Source of the DNA: Candidatus Poribacteria bacterium
GTDB taxonomy: Bacteria > Poribacteria > WGA-4E > WGA-3G
Length of the DNA stretch: 64,000 bases
Reading direction: 5' to 3'
NCBI GenBank assembly: GCA_964291315.2
Contig: OZ219753.1
Location: 1,856,001 to 1,920,000, forward strand
Part shown: positions 30,137 to 39,750 of the stretch, one piece after another
Layout of the letters: each line of letters starts with the position of its first letter
Numbering within the stretch: position 1 is the first letter of the stretch
The notes under the pieces: generated by a model
What the model was told of the DNA's origin: nothing
Seen by the model: only the letters and a program-made list of their open reading frames with translations
Databases searched by the model: none
Position numbers and translations under genes: made by a program

Positions 30137-30919
30137 ATGAAACAACTCTTTACTTTTTTGGTTCTCACCCTGGTATGTAGTCCTTTTGCAACAGCCGATT
30201 TACTCGAAGGGCTCGTTCTCTACATGCCACTTGACGAGGGAGCCGGAAATAAGACCGAAGACTTCTCGGAAAACGGCTTTGAAGGCGAATTTCAAGGCGG
30301 GGCCAAATGGGTCGACGGTAAATTCGGAAAAGCTGTTGAATTCGACGCATCCAGCGATTTTGTCGAAGTCGGAGACCACAAAGCGTTCCACATTGAAGAT
30401 GAAATCACACAAGCCGCATGGGTCAATCTCAACCGATTGCCCAGCGCACACGCAATTGTCTTCGGCACCCGTATGGGCGGCGGCGGAAGACATATTGGCT
30501 TCGGATACGGCATGAATCCCTCAAACGGGCTAAAGGTCTGGACGAACGCTGCCGGCGGCGGATTCCTCGACATCAACGATAACAAAACAGCCCTTGATAC
30601 CGGTAAATGGTATTACCTTTCCTATACCCATACCTCTGATAACAAAGGGAAGGTAAAAATTTACGTCGACGGCGAGGTCACACACGAACAAGATTCCAAC
30701 AATCCCGTTGCACCCGCAGGCGCTACAAGCCGTATCCAGATCGGCACATGGTCTGGTGAAGCCTGGCCCGGCATCGTTGACGAGGTCCGACTCTGGAACC
30801 GTGCGCTCTCTGACGACGAAATGAAACAGAGCATGGAACTGGGGGCGGAGGAATTCTTGGCTGTTAATCCCAAGGATAAACTCACCACATCCTGGGCTCA
30901 TATTAAGAGACTTCGCTAA
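30137..30919 (+). CDS. Secreted LamG/concanavalin A-like domain protein
   Basis: Signal peptide; WVDGKFGKAVEF, KWYY, KIYVDG, GIVDEVRLWNRALS; C-terminal VNPKDKLTTSWAHIK. Confidence 0.9.
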   Translation: MKQLFTFLVLTLVCSPFATADLLEGLVLYMPLDEGAGNKTEDFSENGFEGEFQGGAKWVDGKFGKAVEFDASSDFVEVGDHKAFHIEDEITQAAWVNLNRLPSAHAIVFGTRMGGGGRHIGFGYGMNPSNGLKVWTNAAGGGFLDINDNKTALDTGKWYYLSYTHTSDNKGKVKIYVDGEVTHEQDSNNPVAPAGATSRIQIGTWSGEAWPGIVDEVRLWNRALSDDEMKQSMELGAEEFLAVNPKDKLTTSWAHIKRLR

Positions 30920-30925
30920 CAGAAA

Positions 30926-30950
30926 TGAGGCGACAATTTTTGTCGCCTCA
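30926..30950 (+). terminator. Hairpin/terminator after the LamG gene
   Basis: TGAGGCGACAA-TTT-TTGTCGCCTCA, perfect 11-bp stem. Confidence 0.65.
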
Positions 30951-30985
30951 CCCTTTATAATAAGCCTCACTCAACATCAGACACT

Positions 30986-31537
30986 ATGAAAAAATACAAA
31001 CCCGTCTTAAAACGACTAGAAAAAACAGCAAAACAATATACCAATATCGCACCGGAGAATGGACAATTCCTCTCTATTCTCATCCAATCTATTAACGCAC
31101 AAAACGTGCTTGAAGTCGGAACCAGCAACGGTTACTCCGCTATCTGGCTTGCCGCCGCATTGAAGAAAACCGGCGGCAGACTGATCACGCTTGAGTTCGA
31201 TCCAACGCGAGCAGCAGAGGCAAAAAAACACCTTCGAGAAGTCGGACTTAATGACATCGTCGAAATCCGTGCAGGAAACGCCCTTGATGAAATACCGAAA
31301 TGCGTCGCACCCTTCGATCTTGTCTTCCTTGACGCAGAAAAAAATGAGTACCGACACTATCTTGAATTAATTTTGCCGAATGTCCGTTCAGGTGGTTTGA
31401 TCATCGCTGATGATACTGTAACTATGCGAGACGAAATGTCCGAGTACGTCGAATTCGTCTTCAATACACCCACACTAGACTCCGTTGATATCCCATTAGA
31501 CGACGGGGTTATTCTGAGTTATAAAACCGATATCTAA
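30986..31537 (+). CDS. SAM-dependent O-methyltransferase
   Basis: VLEVGTSNGYS, FDLVFLDAEK, GGLIIAD. Confidence 0.9.
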   Translation: MKKYKPVLKRLEKTAKQYTNIAPENGQFLSILIQSINAQNVLEVGTSNGYSAIWLAAALKKTGGRLITLEFDPTRAAEAKKHLREVGLNDIVEIRAGNALDEIPKCVAPFDLVFLDAEKNEYRHYLELILPNVRSGGLIIADDTVTMRDEMSEYVEFVFNTPTLDSVDIPLDDGVILSYKTDI

Positions 31538-31662
31538 ACGTCGCACACACTTAGGCGAGCGTCTCCGCCTAAACGATGCGATGTCTTAATCTTACTGAAC
31601 TTCGCAACTATCAAGAGAACATTTCCAACGCTAATTTCTACCGAAAATAGTAAGACTTTCTA

Positions 31663-32895
31663 ATGACTCAAGCTTGTGTTGCTATTAAGAGGATGCCCGA
31701 AATTTCCGCTCAATTTAAACTCTCAGACAAATCTACCCAATTTACCGAATCTGTTATCCGCGGGATGACGCAGCTCTGCTTGCGCTACAATGCAATCAAT
31801 TTATCCCAAGGCACACCCGCCTATCAACCGCCACCCGAGGTCAAAACCGCAGCAATCGAAGCAATTCGAGTAGGCTATAACCAGTATAGCATCACATGGG
31901 GCGCACCAGCATTTCGCGAGGCAATTGCACAGAAGATGACAGAATTTAACAACATCCCCACCGACCCAGACAAAAACGTTACCGTCACCTGTGGTTCAAC
32001 CGAAGGTATGATCTCCGCACTCCTCGCAATCATTAACCCCAGCGACGAAATTATCATCTTTGAACCTTTTTATGAAAACTACGGGCCAGATACAATTATC
32101 TCTGGGGCAACACCCGTCTATGTCGCATTGCAAGAAACAACCGCAGCTGATGGCACTATCCGTTTTACCTATGATGATGCCGAACTTCAAGCAGCTTTCT
32201 CTCCCAACACAAAGGCAATTGTCATAAACACGCCTAACAATCCACTCGGTAAGGTATTCACCATAGATGAACTTCAGCAAATCGCCGACCTCTGCTGTGA
32301 ATACGACTGCCTCGCTATAACTGACGAGATATACGAACACATGATCTATGATGAAAAACCGCATACCAGCATCGGGGCTCTCCCGCAAATGCAAGATCGC
32401 ACAATCACGGTGTCAGGTTTGAGCAAAGCCTATTCGATGACAGGATGGCGATTAGGATACGTCATCGCACCAGAAGTTTTAACCAACGGTATCCGTAAAA
32501 TGCATGACTTCCTCACTGTCGGAGCACCGCATCCACTCCAACACGCTGGAACCGTTGCACTTAATTTGCCAACAAGTTACCACCAAGATCTGGTCGCCAA
32601 ATATGACAAAAATCGCAAACGTCTCCTAGCGAGTCTCACGCAAGCAGGATTTCAATGCCACCAACCTGAAGGCGCTTATTATATCATGACAGATATTGCT
32701 GCCTTTGGCTTTTCGAATGATACAACCTTTGCACACTGGTTGGTGAAGGAAATTGGTGTAGGCGGCGTACCAGGATCCAGTTTCTATAGGCATTCACACC
32801 TCGGCAAAACAAAACTCCGATTTATGTTTAGCATAGCGGACAATATTCTCGAAGAAGCAGCAGAACGGTTGATACAGATCAAAACCAAAATCTAA
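31663..32895 (+). CDS. Class I/II PLP-dependent aminotransferase
   Basis: INLSQG, NTPNNPLG, DEIYEH, SKAYSMTGWRLG. Confidence 0.92.
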   Translation: MTQACVAIKRMPEISAQFKLSDKSTQFTESVIRGMTQLCLRYNAINLSQGTPAYQPPPEVKTAAIEAIRVGYNQYSITWGAPAFREAIAQKMTEFNNIPTDPDKNVTVTCGSTEGMISALLAIINPSDEIIIFEPFYENYGPDTIISGATPVYVALQETTAADGTIRFTYDDAELQAAFSPNTKAIVINTPNNPLGKVFTIDELQQIADLCCEYDCLAITDEIYEHMIYDEKPHTSIGALPQMQDRTITVSGLSKAYSMTGWRLGYVIAPEVLTNGIRKMHDFLTVGAPHPLQHAGTVALNLPTSYHQDLVAKYDKNRKRLLASLTQAGFQCHQPEGAYYIMTDIAAFGFSNDTTFAHWLVKEIGVGGVPGSSFYRHSHLGKTKLRFMFSIADNILEEAAERLIQIKTKI

Positions 32896-32960
32896 AAATA
32901 GGATGTATACAGCACCGGTTCCCCGTTCGCAATTTTTAGACACACTAGAGAGGCACTAAT

Positions 32961-33167
32961 ATGGATATTTCCCTTGAAAATGAGACACGAAACATCTACA
33001 GAAAAGAAATTCAGTCACTTATTCAGCAAGAAAAAAAGTATAGAACCCTCAATACTGACGACCTTGAGGCAATTGTGAAAACGTTCGAATTTACGCTAAC
33101 AAACGGGCGAGAGAAAGTTCGAGCCCAGATGATTCACGACCTCATTCACGAAAAGAGAGACACCTGA
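32961..33167 (+). CDS. Small hypothetical protein coupled to the SMC-like gene
   Basis: GAGG RBS, 68 aa, stop codon 1 bp before the next ATG. Confidence 0.6.
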   Translation: MDISLENETRNIYRKEIQSLIQQEKKYRTLNTDDLEAIVKTFEFTLTNGREKVRAQMIHDLIHEKRDT

Positions 33168-33168
33168 T

Positions 33169-35049
33169 ATGCAGTTAGAACGGATCCGCCTTAAAACTTT
33201 CGGATGCTTCCAACAACAAGATTTTGAACTTCATAACGGTGTTAATCTCATCTTTGGTCCCAATTTCAGCGGGAAAAGCACGCTCGTCAACGCGATTTTC
33301 TTCGCATTGACAGGAAAACCAATCGTGCCACGAGTAGATGCCTCAGCAATAAAAAACGCTAACGCTTATAGCGGCACCGCCGGACTTCAGTTCGTCGCTG
33401 CAGGAGAACGTTACCAGCTTTACCGGGCAACCGCTAAACGTACCCAACTTCGCTCTGAAAAAAATGGCATGTGGCATGTCCTTTTCGACGAAAAACGGAT
33501 CAAAGCAACCGAAGCAATGCTCAGAGAGCGATTCGGTATTATGCACGAGCAGCTCGCCCTGACGACCTTTCTCCGAGAAGGCGAGATATTTGAATTTCTC
33601 GCCCGTCAATCTACTAGCCGACGCGACATACTCCACACACTTCTCGGTATCGATAGGTTAATAGAAGTGCGGGAGCGGTTCATCGACGCACGCCGCATCG
33701 CAAAACGTGAACAAGGAAGAATACGGGCACATCAGAGCAGCTTACGTTTCAAAGCACAGAACGTTCACGAAACCGAAATCACACGAATTGAAGAGAAACT
33801 CAACCACTTGGAGGCAGCTTACGGCACTAACACTGGAGACGCTGAACTCATCGCAGAATGGACACACAACCGAAAGCGCCTGCAAAGCCATCTAGCGACC
33901 CTCAAACGCCAGCAGAGCGAAGCTTTAAATCGGGTCAATGATATCAACCATCTTCACGAGGTAATATCCAAAATTGAGACCACTATTCAGGAAGCCGCGG
34001 GGTTGGAAATGAAACGCGAGGAACTTATACAGCAAATCGGACGGCTCGAATCCCAAATTACCGCATTGACAAACGTCTGTAATACCCTCCGATCCCTTAT
34101 TGAAAGCGAAGATCAGCACTGCCCAACCTGTTACCAACACGTTGAAAAAGGGATCGTCCAACACATTATTGATGAAAAAGAACAAGAAAAATCGAAAATC
34201 TGCGATGAACTTGAAAGGTATAAGAAATCCCTAGAGGCGGAAACCCAAAATTTGAAGAGCAGGCAGGCCCTCGAACAACGCCTTGAGATCTTGCATGCAC
34301 GCGCCACTCAATTTCAGCAAAGCACACAGGAAATTGAGATCGCTCAAAACGAACTTACCACACTCGCAGCACGGTTGAAGGAGAAAGGTATCCAACAAAA
34401 CCAACCACAGAACCCAAAAACCCTTGCAACCCATGACAAATCTAAATTGAAAACCCAAATCGATCACGAACGGAAGCGACTCGACAGACTCAAGCAAGAG
34501 GAGGCTGTTCGATTAGATAGGATCGCCTCTCTCCATCGCGTAAACACGGACGCAGCACGCAGCGAAAAGACGCTGCTTAGTTTAGAACTTGCCTGTGCAG
34601 GAGTTGACAAGACCATCGCAACCCTCCAAAAACAAATTCTCAGACCTGCCGAAGAAGAACTCCATCGCTGGCTTGAAAAAATGCAACTCTTCTCTAATTC
34701 TCACGGCGTTAGTGGAGCAACTCGCGTTGACTTACAACGACAATACCTACTTCCCGCACTTACTATAGACGGCGTAGACCGAAGCTTAATGCTGCTGAGT
34801 GGCAGCGAGAAGATGTTCCTCTACCTCTGCTTCAAAGTCGCTCTCGCTAATGTATTGGGCAACCCCGGCTTCTTTGTATTTGATGATCCAACGCTTCATT
34901 TAGATGGCGAACGAAAAGCTTTGATGGTCGATTTTATCCATCAACTCGCTGAAGAGCATCAGGTAGTCGTGACGAGTTATGATGAAGGAGTGCGCACAGG
35001 ATTAGAAGGCGCACATCTCATTGAAATGAAGCGACACGTCGATGAATGA
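33169..35049 (+). CDS. Rad50/SbcC-like SMC ATPase
   Basis: Walker A GPNFSGKS, coiled coils with central CPTC zinc hook, signature LSGSEK, Walker B FVFDDP. Confidence 0.88.
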   Translation: MQLERIRLKTFGCFQQQDFELHNGVNLIFGPNFSGKSTLVNAIFFALTGKPIVPRVDASAIKNANAYSGTAGLQFVAAGERYQLYRATAKRTQLRSEKNGMWHVLFDEKRIKATEAMLRERFGIMHEQLALTTFLREGEIFEFLARQSTSRRDILHTLLGIDRLIEVRERFIDARRIAKREQGRIRAHQSSLRFKAQNVHETEITRIEEKLNHLEAAYGTNTGDAELIAEWTHNRKRLQSHLATLKRQQSEALNRVNDINHLHEVISKIETTIQEAAGLEMKREELIQQIGRLESQITALTNVCNTLRSLIESEDQHCPTCYQHVEKGIVQHIIDEKEQEKSKICDELERYKKSLEAETQNLKSRQALEQRLEILHARATQFQQSTQEIEIAQNELTTLAARLKEKGIQQNQPQNPKTLATHDKSKLKTQIDHERKRLDRLKQEEAVRLDRIASLHRVNTDAARSEKTLLSLELACAGVDKTIATLQKQILRPAEEELHRWLEKMQLFSNSHGVSGATRVDLQRQYLLPALTIDGVDRSLMLLSGSEKMFLYLCFKVALANVLGNPGFFVFDDPTLHLDGERKALMVDFIHQLAEEHQVVVTSYDEGVRTGLEGAHLIEMKRHVDE

Positions 35050-35195
35050 TTGTAACAATGACCACAAAACTGTTTTGATAGAGTTCTCACGGCAACGCCG
35101 AATATGCTTATTGTGAAGCAGGCTTTTCGGTAGTTCCTATCGAACACACCCGCTATATCTCGCCCTTCTCCCGCACTAAGCAAAAGGATAGCTTT

Positions 35196-36641
35196 CTAAA
35201 ACCGCTCCAGATAGATATCACCCTTATCTTCTTGCATATTGCTCCATACCACAGCCCACGCTCCATTTCCAATAGATACCACAAACGGTGGATGATGCAT
35301 CCCTTCGCTAGTAGAGATAGGAACACCGGTGTCTTCCCATAGCAACGTACCCGATAAGTCAATTTGCTGTCCGTAGATAGCATCTCTACTCTCTTCACCG
35401 AAGTCTTCTCGGTAGTCTACCCACGCCATAAAAAAACGATCTTTCCCGGTTCGTACGATAAACGGCTTGTCTTGATGACCCCCCGCTGTGCAGATAGGGA
35501 TACCATCCGCTTCCCAGGCGAATGTACCATCACCATGAACACGCTGGGCATATAGATCAGAATACACATCGCGCTCATCACGCCAGACAGCAATAAATCC
35601 ACCGCTACCATCGCTGACAACCGAGGCATGTTTCTGAATGCCATGGGCAACACATACCGGGATACCTTCTTCATGCCACATCTTGCTTCCGTCAGGCGCA
35701 ATCCGTTGTGCATAGAGCTGATCATTGATGAAATTGTCGTAGACCTGCCATAAGACAATGATGCCGCCTTCCCCATCCGCAACTACACGCGGTTCACCTT
35801 GCATGCCTTCCCTGGGGGTGACAAAAATCGGAGACTCCCACAACGGCTCAGCCTCAAGACTTAACCGATATGCCTTTAAATGCCATGCCTCATAGCCGAT
35901 AACGTCCCACCAAACGATGTAAAACCCGTTCGCCTCATCTCTAACCAGAATCGGGGCGCTCTGCAACGATTCTGATGGAAAAACAGGAATACCATCCGCC
36001 TTCCACATCAGTTCACCCGCTGCGCTAACCCGCTGGATATATAAGTCCTGAAATTCAGAGCTACGACGTTCATCTTCCCAAACGCAAATCGCACCACCTT
36101 GACCATCACTCATAATTGCTTGAGTGGATTGATCGGCTGTATCTACACAGATAGGGATACCATCCGTTTGCCAGAGGATGTCACCATTCAAATTCACTGC
36201 TTGCGCGTAAATGTCCCAATTGCTTCTATCTCGCCTATCGTTCCACACAACAATGGCGTGTTTATTGTATCGAATCATTCGCAAGCGACGTTGATTCCTA
36301 TCAGCGGTGCATATTGCCAATCCATCTAATTTCCAACGTGTTTTTTCACCACTATCAACGCGTTGGGCGTAGACATCCCAATCTTTCCCCGTACGATAAT
36401 CTTCCCACATGACAATAACCCCGCCCTCCCCGTCGTCCACAACCCACGGTAGAAATTGTCCATCTGCAGCAGTCGAAACCGCAATTTCTGCCGATGCAAC
36501 GCCATACAACGCACAAAAACCGGCAAGCCAAAAAAGTATTAATCCTACGATTGGTTTTGTTGGATACCTTTCTCCTTCAACCGTGCTGCGAGTGTGGTAA
36601 GACGGTCTAACTAGATCCTGAAAATTGTTTTGGGAGTCCAT
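35196..36641 (-). CDS. Secreted repeat protein, probable beta-propeller (true start probably downstream)
   Basis: About 8 repeats of DG.GG.I..W.D.R...D.YAQR...G...W..DG.P.C; signal-like segment. Confidence 0.8.
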   Translation of the reverse strand: MDSQNNFQDLVRPSYHTRSTVEGERYPTKPIVGLILFWLAGFCALYGVASAEIAVSTAADGQFLPWVVDDGEGGVIVMWEDYRTGKDWDVYAQRVDSGEKTRWKLDGLAICTADRNQRRLRMIRYNKHAIVVWNDRRDRSNWDIYAQAVNLNGDILWQTDGIPICVDTADQSTQAIMSDGQGGAICVWEDERRSSEFQDLYIQRVSAAGELMWKADGIPVFPSESLQSAPILVRDEANGFYIVWWDVIGYEAWHLKAYRLSLEAEPLWESPIFVTPREGMQGEPRVVADGEGGIIVLWQVYDNFINDQLYAQRIAPDGSKMWHEEGIPVCVAHGIQKHASVVSDGSGGFIAVWRDERDVYSDLYAQRVHGDGTFAWEADGIPICTAGGHQDKPFIVRTGKDRFFMAWVDYREDFGEESRDAIYGQQIDLSGTLLWEDTGVPISTSEGMHHPPFVVSIGNGAWAVVWSNMQEDKGDIYLERF

Positions 36642-37108
36642 AAGTTGACTAAGATCCCCTCTGTGTACAAATCAAGTGCTTCCCAACTTTCGATAGGAAG
36701 CTCAATGTGAACAAGTGCCGCTGTTGGCATCCGTTGAATATGGCCTGTTAGATGATTCACAAGCTGCTCCATTGTCGGGTTATGTCCAACCACCAAGACG
36801 CGCCGGTATTTCTCAGAAAGCGATTGTAGGACTTCAAAGTAAACCCCTGAAACAGTATCGTAAAGCACTTCCAGTTTCTTCACTTTTCCAGTGTAACCGG
36901 ACGCTTTTGCGACTTTAACTGCTGTTTTTCGAGCACGCCTTGCCGATGAGGTAAGAATCCGGTCGGGAACCAGACCCGCCTGACGCAAGTGCTCCCCGAG
37001 GCGAGGAGCATCTCGTTTACCGCGGGCATTAAGAGGACGATCGTAATCTGCAAGCCCTGGGTGATTCCAACTCGATTTTGCATGTCTCATAATTAAAAGT
37101 GTTTTCAT
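36611..37108 (-). CDS. sixA: Histidine phosphatase, SixA family
   Basis: MRHAKS, DRPLNARG, SSARRA..T, VGHNP. Confidence 0.88.
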   Translation of the reverse strand: MKTLLIMRHAKSSWNHPGLADYDRPLNARGKRDAPRLGEHLRQAGLVPDRILTSSARRARKTAVKVAKASGYTGKVKKLEVLYDTVSGVYFEVLQSLSEKYRRVLVVGHNPTMEQLVNHLTGHIQRMPTAALVHIELPIESWEALDLYTEGILVNLWTPKTIFRI

Positions 37109-37379
37109 AGGGTCTCCAGTTAATATAGCTGTCCAACCTTTTGCGTATTGTATCACAATAGCATCTACATGTCAACCCGGATCGCGGCAACCTTGATTCA
37201 GATCAATAAACCACTTAACTTCCGTACCTGAGAATATTTTGTCTTGCATTCCTAACCGTTTTGTGATATTATTTAATGATAATGAGAAGTCTGTCAACGT
37301 TTTCAGCCATATATCCGTTACAGTGTTCAGATCAAATATAAAGTTCAAATCTAATACAAACTCTGGAGGATATAAACCC

Positions 37380-38168
37380 ATGTTGTTCAAAATTAACAGC
37401 ATCCGCTCTATACTACTTCTCACGATCCTATCTGCCACTGTCAGTGGATGTTACGTTGATACCGATGATGAACCACCCGCTACGCCCCGCGGTGTCCGAA
37501 CTATCACAGGCGACGAGGAAGTCCTTGTTAAATGGTATCCTAATAGAGAGCGTGACTTAGGGGGCTATAAGGTCTGGCGTAGTAAAGACGGTGTCAATTT
37601 TAACGATCTATTGATAGAAGTCCCGGAATATACCAAGTCCTACACAGATACAAATGTGCAAAATGGGAAAACTTATTACTATGCTGTTTCTGCTTATGAT
37701 GGTGATGGAAATGAGAGCGATTTGAGCCCAGAAAATGCGTGGGATACCCCACGGCCAGAAGGACGAAATATTGCCCTTGATGATTATATTCTTTTTCCAG
37801 AGAGGAGTGGTTTTGACTTTTCGCAGCCACACAAAGGAAGTATCCCATGGGACGCGCCCGAAACCGACATCTATTTCGGACTTGATGACGCAATCGGCGT
37901 TACCTACCTCTATTCAGACAATGAAACCCTCATGCAAGATTTAGGGTATCATGAAGACTTCGAAGCCGTTGATGTCGTTCCAGAATATGGGTATACAACG
38001 CTATTTGTCGAACTCATTGAAGGGCATATCTATGCTATCTACACACCTGACAGAAATTTTGCGAAACTTCAGGTGCGCGAGCTTTTTGATGACGGAGTCA
38101 TTTTCGATTGGGCATACCAGACCGACCCTGATAACGTCCAATTAGCTCCACCCCTCAACAGACCTTGA
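37380..38168 (+). CDS. Fibronectin type III domain lipoprotein
   Basis: Lipobox VSGC; PPATP...W...DL.GYKVWRS...YTD...YYYAVSAYD..GNES. Confidence 0.8.
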   Translation: MLFKINSIRSILLLTILSATVSGCYVDTDDEPPATPRGVRTITGDEEVLVKWYPNRERDLGGYKVWRSKDGVNFNDLLIEVPEYTKSYTDTNVQNGKTYYYAVSAYDGDGNESDLSPENAWDTPRPEGRNIALDDYILFPERSGFDFSQPHKGSIPWDAPETDIYFGLDDAIGVTYLYSDNETLMQDLGYHEDFEAVDVVPEYGYTTLFVELIEGHIYAIYTPDRNFAKLQVRELFDDGVIFDWAYQTDPDNVQLAPPLNRP

Positions 38169-38183
38169 TAAGGAGTACATTTT

Positions 38184-38822
38184 ATGAAAAAAAATCGCGG
38201 GACAGCGCAGATGGCACCTCTATATCTAACCCTCCCGTTTCTACTCTTTTTCACCACCGCACAAATTGAGGCGGATACCCGCAAAACGGAGTCTAACACT
38301 GACACTCAGAGAATGTCACCTTTTATCCAGTATGACATGCCGGAAACCAAAGCCGAGCAGGAAGCTGATTACCCGCTGTTCCGTGACCATTCAGAGCGTT
38401 ACTACCCCCAACTCGATGTTAAAAAAGCGACTCGACTATCAACTTTTATGCCCGGTCTAGGGCAAGCCTACGCCGGTAATTATGCAAAAGCGACGCTTTT
38501 CCTCAGCACTGAATTGGGCACTTTCGCACTCGCCGGCTACAATATTGCACGCGCTTTGCATTACAACAAACAAAACGTCTTTGAGACAGGGTTCCTCGAC
38601 TCACGCACCGGCGAATTTTTAACATACGAGCAAGGACAAGCACGCATGCGGAATCACACCTTTTTCAGTGGCATATTTCTTGCAGCCGGTATCGGATTGC
38701 ATATATGGAATATCCTCGATGCACCAAAGACAGCCGAGGCGTATAATGACCGAAGATTTTCTGTACAGACGCAACAAACCGGGAACGGCAGCCAATCTCT
38801 GACTGTTACCCATAGATTTTAA
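38184..38822 (+). CDS. Hypothetical envelope protein (PG.GQ.Y motif)
   Basis: LSTFMPGLGQAYAG, TM segments, WNILDA. Confidence 0.7.
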   Translation: MKKNRGTAQMAPLYLTLPFLLFFTTAQIEADTRKTESNTDTQRMSPFIQYDMPETKAEQEADYPLFRDHSERYYPQLDVKKATRLSTFMPGLGQAYAGNYAKATLFLSTELGTFALAGYNIARALHYNKQNVFETGFLDSRTGEFLTYEQGQARMRNHTFFSGIFLAAGIGLHIWNILDAPKTAEAYNDRRFSVQTQQTGNGSQSLTVTHRF

Positions 38823-38873
38823 TTCAGGAGATATCAGATTTGGCTACCTAGTGAACCGGCGGCGAACAGAAAA

Positions 38874-39641
38874 ATGGATTACCTCAAACATTTAACCCTC
38901 CTCTTTTTTTTCATAGGATGCCTTGGCGCAAATGGAGAGGCCACTTCTCTTGTTGAGAGCAGCCGAACCTCTCCGCAACCCTTACGCCTTGGTGAAAAAT
39001 TAACCTATAATATTAGTTGGAAAAAATTACCCGCAGGAAAAAGAACAGATTGGATCGCTGAAACATTGACGCTCAACGGCGAGTCTGTCTATCATATCCG
39101 ATCTGAAATGAAGACACGCGCACTCTTCAGATTCTATAGCTTCCAAAGCCAGCAAGAAACATATTTTAATCCTACTACTCTCGCCCCCATCCAATTTCGG
39201 AATCATCTACAAGATCGCAAATTTCGCGCCACCGTCGCAATCGACTTCCGAGACGGTGAAGCACAATACAAAAGAATTTCACAGCAAAATCCGAAATCAA
39301 TTCAAAAACGCGAGGCGAAAACACTTAACATACCAATCGGGGCACAAGATGAACTATCAACCATCTACTTTCTACGTTCTAAACAACTTGTGATCGGTAA
39401 GACCTATTTCTTTCCTGTCGTCGTGAAAGGAAACGTCCAAAAAGTTACACTCACCGTCGAACGCAAAGAGGTTATTAAGACCAAGACATTAGGAACTATC
39501 AGAACGCTCGTTCTGCGCACCTCACAAGGCGACCTTTTCTGGCTTACAGATGATGAACGGCGGTTACCTGTCAAAATGGAAGCCAAAAGCAAAATCGGAA
39601 GGTTCAAAGCCACATTAGCAGATATCGAATTCGAAAATTAA
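38874..39641 (+). CDS. DUF3108-like exported protein
   Basis: GEKLTYNISW, D.LS.IYFLR, WLTDDERRLPVK. Confidence 0.75.
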   Translation: MDYLKHLTLLFFFIGCLGANGEATSLVESSRTSPQPLRLGEKLTYNISWKKLPAGKRTDWIAETLTLNGESVYHIRSEMKTRALFRFYSFQSQQETYFNPTTLAPIQFRNHLQDRKFRATVAIDFRDGEAQYKRISQQNPKSIQKREAKTLNIPIGAQDELSTIYFLRSKQLVIGKTYFFPVVVKGNVQKVTLTVERKEVIKTKTLGTIRTLVLRTSQGDLFWLTDDERRLPVKMEAKSKIGRFKATLADIEFEN

Positions 39642-39645
39642 GGAA

Positions 39646-39734
39646 TAGCGATTGCCAATTAGCCAGCGGTAAAAGCAGTTTGATGAAGCCGAACACCTCT
39701 TTACCGACCCCCAGCAGCTAAACGTCATTCGCCA
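39646..39734. repeat. Palindromic intergenic (MITE/REP-like) element
   Basis: TAGCGATTGCCAATTAGC...CGGTAAA/TTTACCG...GCTAAACGTCATTCGCCA; related to the 45464-45573 element. Confidence 0.5.
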
Positions 39735-39750
39735 ACAGCAGCAATATACC

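Noticed and set aside
33169-35049. Firm call as Lamassu or Wadjet defence system
   Set aside because: No effector (LmuA) or JetABD genes adjacent; flanks are housekeeping-type genes
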